Made by a program: the position numbers and the translations under genes. Of a stretch of 31,481 nt of DNA, positions 19,310-26,752 are shown piece after piece. The stretch lies in the NCBI GenBank assembly GCA_964244895.1, contig CAXTKV010000004.1, forward strand, positions 1-31,481. The letters are read 5' to 3'. This DNA is from an uncultured Deinococcales bacterium (GTDB lineage Bacteria > Deinococcota > Deinococci > Deinococcales > JAAFIG01). The notes beneath the pieces were generated by a model. The model saw nothing but the letters and a program-made list of their open reading frames with translations. It was not told where the DNA came from and made no database searches. Positions within the stretch are counted from its first letter, which is position 1. Every line of letters begins with the position of its first letter.

Positions 19310-19355
19310 TACACCGTCCAGCACGCAAGATTGAACACGCGTGCCGGACGGTGTT
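19310..19355. repeat. Paired palindrome, 46-bp class
   Basis: TACACCGTCCAGCACGC-N12-GCGTGCCGGACGGTGTT. Confidence 0.9.
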
Positions 19356-19653
19356 GTTATCGCTCGAGCTACCGGATTCCGTCAGGTTTCTCGAGCCGCC
19401 AGGTTTCTCGAGTCGCGCCCTCGCGGGCACGAATTTCCGGCGGGCGTCCGCTCGCGTTTTGCACATCGGCGCCCTTTCTCCAGAGATTCTCGACCGCGTT
19501 TCTGGAAGGTTCAATGCCATCTCGAGCGTTCACTCGAGTGGCCGAACGAGGTTCTCGAGAACCGTCCCGCGAATGTGAGCAAAACGCGATTTATTGCGTC
19601 AATAACGATGTTCATGAGGCGTCGCACTTTTTGAAAGTGCAGTAGGGTGAGCA

Positions 19654-20625
19654 ATGCCACTCCAAGCGCCATCTCAGTTGCAACGGTCCGTGCCAGCCGA
19701 AGCCCAAAATGAGATTTCGCTCCGAGAGATCTACGTGATCTTGCACCACTGGCGCGCGTTCATCGCGGCGTGCATCCTGATCCCCATCGTCGTCGCGCTG
19801 GTGATCGGAGCGCTGATGCCCCGCGTGTACACCTCCAAGGTCACCCTGTCGCTGGGATTGAACGCCCAGTCCGTCGGCGGTTCAGGCATCACGGCGCAAC
19901 TCCTGACCAACTTGCCCAACCTGGCCGGACTCGCGCAGGGCTTTACCGATCTGATGCGCACCAAAGTGATCGCCGATCAACTCGGTGAAGCCGACCCGGA
20001 AAGCAAGTACAAGGCGCAGTTCCAGGAAAAACAGGGCCTGTTCGTGCTGACCGCTCGCGGCGGTACGGCCCGAGAAGCGCTGCAAGGCGCGCAGCGCTTC
20101 TCGACGGTCGCCAAGCAGTATTTCAAGGGTCGGTTGGTGCTGGCGGTCGTCTCGAATCTCGAGTCGTTGCTGTCGCGCTCCAGGCTGGACATCGCGAACA
20201 TGCAAGAAAACCTGCGGCGTTTGCAGGTCGAACTCAAAAATACGCCCACTGAAACCCGCACCATCGAAGCGCTGCTGCCCAGCGCAGGCGCGAACGGTCG
20301 CGCCAACGGTGCCTTCAGCGCCAGGGGAACCAGCCCCGCCTTCGCCACGTTGAGCGTTCAGGAAGCCACGCTGCGCACGGGGCTGGCGCAATCGAGGGCC
20401 CTGATCGAGGCGCTGGAGGGCGTGCAGAAGCAACCCGGCGAACTGGACAAGTTGATCGGTCAGGCGTTGCAGTTGCAGGAACTCGTACCCGCAGCGGAAC
20501 CGTTGCGCCCCGACCAGCCGCGCCCGTTGCTGTACGCCGCCATCGCGGGCGTGCTGGGCTTGTTGATCGGGTTGATCGCGCCGTTCCTGATCGAGGCGAT
20601 ACGCGAACCTCAGACCACGTGGTGA
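19654..20625 (+). CDS. Wzz/polysaccharide co-polymerase-like membrane protein
   Basis: N-terminal EISLREI followed by a TM segment and PRVYTS, central coiled coil, C-terminal Pro-rich PLRPDQPRP followed by a Gly-rich TM segment. Confidence 0.8.
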   Translation: MPLQAPSQLQRSVPAEAQNEISLREIYVILHHWRAFIAACILIPIVVALVIGALMPRVYTSKVTLSLGLNAQSVGGSGITAQLLTNLPNLAGLAQGFTDLMRTKVIADQLGEADPESKYKAQFQEKQGLFVLTARGGTAREALQGAQRFSTVAKQYFKGRLVLAVVSNLESLLSRSRLDIANMQENLRRLQVELKNTPTETRTIEALLPSAGANGRANGAFSARGTSPAFATLSVQEATLRTGLAQSRALIEALEGVQKQPGELDKLIGQALQLQELVPAAEPLRPDQPRPLLYAAIAGVLGLLIGLIAPFLIEAIREPQTTW

Positions 20626-20726
20626 ACGCGAGAACATCAATCTTTGAGCGCGCCCGCCGCTCGATATCGGGCGATCTCGTCAGCCACGGACCTCGCTCGA
20701 GATACGGTATTCGGTTTCACACGGGA

Positions 20727-20772
20727 AACACCGTCCAGCACGCATGTTGATAAACGCGTGCTGGACGGTGTT
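20727..20772. repeat. Paired palindrome, 46-bp class (perfect 17-bp arms)
   Basis: AACACCGTCCAGCACGC-N12-GCGTGCTGGACGGTGTT. Confidence 0.92.
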
Positions 20773-20790
20773 CTTGAAGCTCGAGCCACG

Positions 20791-20825
20791 AAAAAGCCCG
20801 TCTCGAGAGGCTCGAGACGGGCTTT
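20791..20825 (-). terminator. Terminator between the convergent wzz-like and OFOR beta genes
   Basis: Perfect 15-bp stem AAAGCCCGTCTCGAG-AGG-CTCGAGACGGGCTTT. The A5 run gives a U-tract on the minus strand. Confidence 0.75.
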
Positions 20826-20840
20826 GAGCAGATCGTTTTC

Positions 20841-21875
20841 TTACGCGAATTCCGCCATGACCTTATCGAGCACGTCCTGGCTGGGGCGCAGCAGGCGCTC
20901 GGGCAGCAGGGCAATCGGCGTGTCGTGGACGCCTTCGGTGTCCAGGATCGTCTCGCGGGATTCGTTGATGTACACCACGCCCGTGGTCAACTCGCCGGAA
21001 CGCCGCGAATCCTCGAGCATCTTCAGGGCGCTCAGCTTGTTGGTCGGGTCGTGATCCTTGGAGAGCTTGCGGAGCTGCACCACGTCGCCGTCGTGAAGCT
21101 TGACGCTGACCACCTCGCCGGGTTCGTAATCCACGGCAATTTCGGTGTATTCGGGTACGAAGGTGATGTCGTGCAACTGCACCTCGTGCTCCTTGCCGTA
21201 AGAGTAGGACTTGGTGCTCTCATCGGCGTTGTTGAAGGTCACGCACGGGCTGATGATGTCCAGCACGGCCAGCCCGTTGAAGTTCATGGCGGCCTTCAAA
21301 AGCTCCGTGACCTGCTTGGCGTCGCCCGCAAAGCTGCGCGCCACGAAGCCCGCACCGGCCACGATCGCCTCGGCGCACAGGTCCAAGGGCGGCAGTTCGT
21401 TGGTTCCGGCGTACTTGAGCGTCTGGCCTTCGTCGGCGGTGGCGCTGAACTGGCCTTTGGTCAATCCGTAAACGCCGTTGTTCTCGATGATGTAGACCAT
21501 CGGTACGTTGCGGCGCACCAGGTGCTTGAACTGGCCCAGCCCGATCGAGCCCGTGTCGCCGTCGCCGGAGACGCCGATGGCGTGCTGGTTGCGGTTGGCC
21601 AGCATCGCGCCGGTGGCCACGGACGGCATGCGCCCGTGAACGGTGTTGATGCCGTGCGCGCCGTTCAGGAAGTACGCCGGGGATTTCGATGAGCACCCGA
21701 TGCCGGAGAGCTTGATGACCTCGTGCGGTCGGACGCCCAACTGGTAGGCGGCGTCGATGATCCGGCTCGAGATCGAATCGTGCCCGCAACCGGGGCAGAG
21801 TGTGCTGGGCAAGCCCTTGTAGTCGCTCTTCTCGAGACCGATGCTGTTCACTTTCGGTTCAACGGCGGCAGTCAC
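20841..21875 (-). CDS. korB: 2-oxoacid:ferredoxin oxidoreductase beta subunit
   Basis: LCPGCGH, SGIGCSSK, HGRMPSVATG, TPP motif GDGD...ENNGVYGLTKGQ, SPCVTFN. Substrate specificity not determinable. Confidence 0.92.
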   Translation of the reverse strand: MTAAVEPKVNSIGLEKSDYKGLPSTLCPGCGHDSISSRIIDAAYQLGVRPHEVIKLSGIGCSSKSPAYFLNGAHGINTVHGRMPSVATGAMLANRNQHAIGVSGDGDTGSIGLGQFKHLVRRNVPMVYIIENNGVYGLTKGQFSATADEGQTLKYAGTNELPPLDLCAEAIVAGAGFVARSFAGDAKQVTELLKAAMNFNGLAVLDIISPCVTFNNADESTKSYSYGKEHEVQLHDITFVPEYTEIAVDYEPGEVVSVKLHDGDVVQLRKLSKDHDPTNKLSALKMLEDSRRSGELTTGVVYINESRETILDTEGVHDTPIALLPERLLRPSQDVLDKVMAEFA

Positions 21876-21876
21876 T

Positions 21877-23697
21877 TTATTTTCCTCCCTTGACTCGCGC
21901 GGCCACGAAGGTGCCCGAGAGCGGCAGGCCGTCGCAGTGCGCGATCGAGTGGATCTTCACGGCGAATTCCGGATATTCGGAGCGCAGAATCGTGGCCAGT
22001 TGACCGTGCTGGTTGAGTTCGATCACCACGACGCGCTCGTGGCCTTCCAGGAAGGCTTTGACTTCGGCGGTCAACGGCAACGCGCGAAGGCGCAGGTAAT
22101 CCGTCTCGAGCCCTTCAGCTTTGAGCATCGCGCGACCCTCGACGATGGCCGGGTCGGTGCTGCCGAAGGCGATGATCCCGAGCGCGTGACCGCTCTCGTC
22201 CACGACGGGCTTGGGCACGATGGTGCGCGCGAAGTTGTGCTTGCGATCCAGTCGCTCGAGGTTCTTCATCCAGTCGTCCGGGCGCTCCGAGTACGTGGCG
22301 GTGTCCGTGTGGCCCGTGCCGCGCGTGAAGTAGGCCGCGCCCATCGCGTCCGTGCCGGGCAGCGTGCGCGGGCCGACGCCCGTGCCGTCCTCGTCGCGGT
22401 AGCGCGCGAACTGCCCACCGAGCGCTTTGACGTCATCGGCGCTCAGGATCTTGCCGCGCTGGATAGGCTGGTTGGGGTACTCGAACTTTTCGGACATCCA
22501 GAGGTTCATGCCCAAGTCCAGATCCGAAAGCACGAACACCGGCGTCTGAAGCGTATCGGCCAGATCCAATGAGCGCCAGCCGAACTCGAAGCACTCCTTG
22601 ACGCTGCCGGGCAGCAACACGATGTGCTTTGTGTCGCCGTGCGAGAGGTAGTACGTGCTCAACAGGTCGCCCTGCGAGACTCGAGTCGGCAAGCCCGTGC
22701 TCGGGCCCATGCGCTGCACGTCCCAGATCACGGCGGGAATTTCAGCGAAGTACCCCAATCCCGCGAACTCGCCCATCAGGGAAATACCGGGGCCTGAGGT
22801 GCTGGTCATGGCTCGAGCGCCCGCCCAGCCCGCGCCCAGCAGCATCCCGATGGCGGCCAGTTCGTCCTCGGCCTGCACGATCGCGAAAGTCGCCTTGCCC
22901 GTTTCGGGGTCGGTGCGCAATTTCGGCAGGTACTCCGTGACCGCGTCCGCCAGGCTGGTGGCCGGGGTGATCGGGTACCAGGCCATCACGCCCACGCCGC
23001 CCCAGATTGCGCCCAGACCGCCCGCCGTGTTGCCATCCACCAATATCATGCCTTCGGTGGCGTTCATGCGCTCCACGCGGTACGGGTCAGATTTAACGAT
23101 GTTCTGCTCGCACCACTGAAAGGCCGCCTTGGCGATGTTCAAGTTGGAATCCACGACCTTCTGCTTGCCACCGAAGGTCTTCATCAGGTACGCGTTGATC
23201 GCGTCCATCTCGAGCCCGATGACCTGCGCCAGCGCCCCGACGTAGACCATGTTGATCATGCGGTCGCGGAACTTCACGTCCACGTTCTGCTCTTTCATGA
23301 TCGCGTTGGCGGGTAGCGCGTAATACGCTACGTCCTCGCGGGTTTTCTCGAATTTCAGGTGATCCGGGTAAAAAATCGCGCCGCCCGTCGGCAGTTCCTT
23401 CAGGTCAGCATCGATGGTTTTGGCGTTGAACGCGACCAGCACTTCCGATTTATCGCGGCGCGCCACGTAGCCGTCCTTGCTGGCGCGGATCGAATACCAG
23501 GTCGGCAAGCCCTTGATGTTCGACGGGAACAAGTTTTTGGCGTTGACCGGGATGCCCATGTGAAACAGCGCATCCACGATGGTCGCGTTCGCGGTCTGAG
23601 AGCCCGAACCGTTGACGGTCGCGACGTTGATCGTGAAATCGTTGATCACCTGCGGGCGGGGGGTTTTCGCGTCTGGGCGTTCCTGAAGTTGGGTCAT
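21877..23697 (-). CDS. korA: 2-oxoacid:ferredoxin oxidoreductase alpha subunit (gamma-alpha fusion)
   Basis: NGSGSQT, YPITPAT, QAEDELAA, TSGPGISLM, QRMGPSTGLPT. RBS GAGAGGAAGG precedes ATG 23697. Confidence 0.92.
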   Translation of the reverse strand: MTQLQERPDAKTPRPQVINDFTINVATVNGSGSQTANATIVDALFHMGIPVNAKNLFPSNIKGLPTWYSIRASKDGYVARRDKSEVLVAFNAKTIDADLKELPTGGAIFYPDHLKFEKTREDVAYYALPANAIMKEQNVDVKFRDRMINMVYVGALAQVIGLEMDAINAYLMKTFGGKQKVVDSNLNIAKAAFQWCEQNIVKSDPYRVERMNATEGMILVDGNTAGGLGAIWGGVGVMAWYPITPATSLADAVTEYLPKLRTDPETGKATFAIVQAEDELAAIGMLLGAGWAGARAMTSTSGPGISLMGEFAGLGYFAEIPAVIWDVQRMGPSTGLPTRVSQGDLLSTYYLSHGDTKHIVLLPGSVKECFEFGWRSLDLADTLQTPVFVLSDLDLGMNLWMSEKFEYPNQPIQRGKILSADDVKALGGQFARYRDEDGTGVGPRTLPGTDAMGAAYFTRGTGHTDTATYSERPDDWMKNLERLDRKHNFARTIVPKPVVDESGHALGIIAFGSTDPAIVEGRAMLKAEGLETDYLRLRALPLTAEVKAFLEGHERVVVIELNQHGQLATILRSEYPEFAVKIHSIAHCDGLPLSGTFVAARVKGGK

Positions 23698-23980
23698 GAG
23701 CCTTCCTCTCGAGGCGCGCGGGATGAAATTCACCCGTGGAGGCCGTTGTGGGTTGCACCGGTCAATCCCGGTGCACTCTACATTGGCCTGACGGTCGCAA
23801 AACCGTCGTGGCCAAAAACGTCAAGCATTGTACCAACTCGGGGTCATACAAACACGGGTTCGCGCACGCTTTAGAATCCGTCCCTTCGTCGGGAACAATG
23901 TCCCGTTCCAAAGGGCTCCGCGACCCACGAAACTCGTCCTGAGCGCTCGAGACGCAATGCTCGAGTCCGTGGATATCAGG

Positions 23981-24027
23981 AACACCGTCTGGGACGGTGT
24001 TTCGTGAATAGCGTGCTGGACGGTGTT
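23981..24027. repeat. Paired palindrome, 47 bp (21+5+21)
   Basis: AACACCGTCTGGGACGGTGTT-TCGTG-AATAGCGTGCTGGACGGTGTT. Confidence 0.9.
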
Positions 24028-24111
24028 CCCGCTCGAGACACCCGCCATGACCGATTTACAGCAATCCCTCTCGACCCAAGCCGAACCCGCTCCCCATCGG
24101 GTCAGAACGGG

Positions 24112-24141
24112 TTGACACCCCATTCAACCTGGGCATAACAT
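24112..24141 (+). promoter_or_regulatory. Sigma70-type promoter for the mgtE leader
   Basis: TTGACA (24112-24117), 18-nt spacer, TAACAT (24136-24141). Confidence 0.6.
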
Positions 24142-24196
24142 TCTTGAGGTTCGCTCGAGATGGTTTTCAATCTCGAGAACCAGATAGGGAGGTGGT

Positions 24197-24283
24197 ATGG
24201 AACCCATTCCCAGTTCGGGGCCAGTGCCTTTATCGCGCACTTCGGGGGTTCGTGCCACGGCTCAAATCGAACACGGCTCCTGA
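24197..24283 (+). CDS. Putative 28-aa Pro-rich leader peptide MEPIPSSGPVPLSRTSGVRATAQIEHGS
   Basis: Strong SD GGGAGGT just upstream of ATG 24197, open to TGA 24281-24283. Absent from the supplied ORF track because it is short. Confidence 0.55.
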   Translation: MEPIPSSGPVPLSRTSGVRATAQIEHGS

Positions 24284-24388
24284 CAAACCCTGAATACGCT
24301 CCAGCACGGCAACGCAGCGATAAAGCCCGTGCTTCATTTTCCTGTGCGTGAAAGCGTTCAGGTCGCGCCCTTCGTGGGCTGTCAGGAG
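24277..24388 (+). promoter_or_regulatory. Structured 5' leader sequestering the mgtE ribosome-binding site
   Basis: CTCCTGACA (24277-24285) pairs with TGTCAGGAG (24380-24388, includes the SD). Nested helices: CCTGAA/TTCAGG, TACGC/GCGTG, AGCACGG/CCGTGCT, GCCC/GGGC. Confidence 0.65.
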
Positions 24389-24395
24389 GTGAGTC

Positions 24396-25775
24396 ATGAT
24401 CCAGTTCGACACGATTCTCGAGTCCATCGAACTCCTCGAGATTTTGCGCGAGGCCGAACTCGACCCGAAGCGCCGGGACGAGTTCAAACGTTTGTTGCGA
24501 ACCCAGCCGGAACCCGTGGTGGATGCGGCCTTCGAGGAAGCATCCAGGGATGAACGCCTGGAATTCTTGCGGTTGATGCCGGTGGAGCGGGCCGCGACGA
24601 CCTTCACGGACTTGCCGCTTGTGGCCCAGGCGGAATACCTGCCGGATCTGGCAGCTGACCGTTTGCGGGTGATGGGCGCGTTCATCGGCCCGGACGAGAT
24701 CGCGGACTTGCTGGGCGAACTGGGCGATGACCCACGGCGGGATTATTTGCTCAATTCCTTGCCGCCGACGCTCGCCAAGAGCGCGCGGGAACTCGAGCAT
24801 TACGACGAGGACGAGGCGGGCGGCATCATGACGCCCGAATACGTCGCACTGCGCGAGGGCACGACGGTCGCGCAGGCCATCGCGTTCTTGCGCCAGGCCG
24901 CCGATCACGCGGAAACCGTCTCGAACCTGTACCTGGTGAACGCCACGGGTCAACTTTCGGGCGTGATCTCGTTGCAGAGCCTGGTGACGGGCGCGCCGAA
25001 CGCGAAGGTGGACGACCTGGCGCGGCGCGAGATCATCTTTGCGCGCACCGACACCGACCAGGAAGAGGTCGCGCACCTGATGCGCGATTACGACCTGGCG
25101 GTCTTGCCGGTCGTGGATGCAGACGGCGTATTGAAGGGTATCGTCACGATCGACGACGTGCTGGACGTGGTGCAGGAGGAAGCCACGGAGGACATCTACC
25201 GCGGCGCAGCCATGGAAGGCTCCGAGATCGAGTACCGCGACGCCAGCCCGTTGCTGCTGTGGCGCAAGCGCATCGGCTGGTTGCTGATCCTGTTCGTGAC
25301 GGAAAGCCTGACGGCCAACGTGATTTCGGCTTACGACAAATTGATCGCGGCTGCGCCATTGTTGGCCGTGTACTTGCCGACGCTGATCGGCACGGGCGGC
25401 AACACGGGTTCTCAATCGGCGACGCTGGTGATTCGCGCGATCGCGCTCGGTCAGATTCGCGGGCGGGACGCGCTGCGGGTGCTGGTCAAGGAGTTCGGTG
25501 CGGGGTTGCTGATCGGCTTGACCATCGGCGTGGTGGCGTTCTTTCGGATCGTGATTTTTCGCAGCCAGCAGGGTGTGGGTCTGGCCGTGACCGCCGCCGT
25601 CTCGATGTTTTTCATCGCCATTTTTGCCAACATCACGGGGGCGCTCTTACCGTTGTTGTTCAAGAAGCTCCGGATCGATCCGGCCCTGACCTCGAGCCCG
25701 TTCCTGGCGACGGTCATGGATGCGACCGGCTTGCTGATTTATTTCAACATCGCCAAGTTCGTGCTGAAGCTCTGA
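24396..25775 (+). CDS. mgtE: Magnesium transporter MgtE
   Basis: Acidic N domain, AGGIMTPEY, two CBS domains (GIVTIDDVLD), GTGGNTGSQ, DPALTSSPFLATVMDATG. Confidence 0.96.
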   Translation: MIQFDTILESIELLEILREAELDPKRRDEFKRLLRTQPEPVVDAAFEEASRDERLEFLRLMPVERAATTFTDLPLVAQAEYLPDLAADRLRVMGAFIGPDEIADLLGELGDDPRRDYLLNSLPPTLAKSARELEHYDEDEAGGIMTPEYVALREGTTVAQAIAFLRQAADHAETVSNLYLVNATGQLSGVISLQSLVTGAPNAKVDDLARREIIFARTDTDQEEVAHLMRDYDLAVLPVVDADGVLKGIVTIDDVLDVVQEEATEDIYRGAAMEGSEIEYRDASPLLLWRKRIGWLLILFVTESLTANVISAYDKLIAAAPLLAVYLPTLIGTGGNTGSQSATLVIRAIALGQIRGRDALRVLVKEFGAGLLIGLTIGVVAFFRIVIFRSQQGVGLAVTAAVSMFFIAIFANITGALLPLLFKKLRIDPALTSSPFLATVMDATGLLIYFNIAKFVLKL

Positions 25776-25795
25776 AATTCAGGTCTCCGTTTCGG

Positions 25796-25851
25796 GACAC
25801 CGTTCAGGACGCAAAATCTCGATGCCAGAGAACACCGTGTTGGACGGTGTT
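25796..25851. repeat. Paired palindrome, 56-bp class
   Basis: GACACCGTTCAGGACGCAAAA-N14-AACACCGTGTTGGACGGTGTT. Confidence 0.88.
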
Positions 25852-25867
25852 CTCGAGGTTGCTGCCA

Positions 25868-26590
25868 TCACTTCCCGCCGAGCTGGCTGGCGAACAGGTT
25901 GATCGATAACCCGATGATGATCGTGTTGTAAAAGAACGAGATCAGCGCGTGGCGCAACACGGCGCGCCGGATGCCGCGATCGGAGATGTTCGTGTCCGCC
26001 ACCTGAAAGGTCATGCCGATGATGAACGAGAAATACGCGAAATCGAGGTCGTCCGGGTCGCCTTCGTCGTTGAAATCGATGCCGCCGACATCGCCGTCGT
26101 TGCGGTAGTACAGGTGCGCGTAATGAAGCGTGTAGGCCGTCTGGGTCATGAACCAGGCGACGACGACGGCGGTCACGCTGAGCAACTCCACCAGGCCGGT
26201 CGAGGTGGGGTCGATGGCTTTCACGTCGCGCAGCACCAGCACCGCCACCGCGATCGAGGCGATGCTGGAAAGCACCACCACCAGGAACACGCCCGGCCCA
26301 CCGGGGTCATCTTCGGCGGCGCGCATCCTGGTGTGTTCGGCATCGCTGTGGGTGATCAACCACCAGGCCAGCACCAGGAACACCAGCCCGCCCGCGTCCC
26401 AGGCGGCCAGAACCCGGATCAGCGGGTGAGCGTTCGAGACTCCGAGCGCGACCGCGAGGCTGACGGTGAGCGCGATCAGCAAGCGTCCGGCTGCGCCGAG
26501 CGGATCACCGGCTTCTCGCATCGTGGCGCGGATGGCGCGTCGATCGCGTTTTTGGTCGTGTCGCTTGGCGGAGCGTTCGGGGGCTTTCAC
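25868..26590 (-). CDS. DUF1345 family membrane protein
   Basis: AAEDDPG, YTLHYAHLYY, PDDLDFAYFSFIIGMTFQVADT, LRHALISFFYNT. Confidence 0.88.
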   Translation of the reverse strand: MKAPERSAKRHDQKRDRRAIRATMREAGDPLGAAGRLLIALTVSLAVALGVSNAHPLIRVLAAWDAGGLVFLVLAWWLITHSDAEHTRMRAAEDDPGGPGVFLVVVLSSIASIAVAVLVLRDVKAIDPTSTGLVELLSVTAVVVAWFMTQTAYTLHYAHLYYRNDGDVGGIDFNDEGDPDDLDFAYFSFIIGMTFQVADTNISDRGIRRAVLRHALISFFYNTIIIGLSINLFASQLGGK

Positions 26591-26662
26591 GGCAAGAGTG
26601 TAATCGCTCGGGCGTGGATGGAAGCTGAAGCGGTGGGTCGCTCAGGGCTTTGAATATCAAAA

Positions 26663-26713
26663 AAGACCGTTCCAGACGGTGTTCTCGAGGTTTTTACCGT
26701 CTGGGACGGTCTT
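26663..26713. repeat. Paired palindrome, 51 bp (21+9+21)
   Basis: AAGACCGTTCCAGACGGTGTT-CTCGAGGTT-TTTACCGTCTGGGACGGTCTT. Confidence 0.85.
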
Positions 26714-26752
26714 CTCCAGAATTCGCACCTCGAGAATGCACGCCTCGAGCAC

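Noticed and set aside
7242..19600. tRNA-Val-anchored genomic island carrying the catabolic cluster
   Set aside because: No integrase and no duplicate of the tRNA 3' end seen downstream. The cluster carries the same repeats and CTCGAG density as its flanks, so any acquisition would be ancient.
24140..24395. M-box (ykoK) riboswitch upstream of mgtE
   Set aside because: Only GGCTCCT resembles the consensus. The surrounding conserved M-box blocks were not found by eye; cmscan would settle it.
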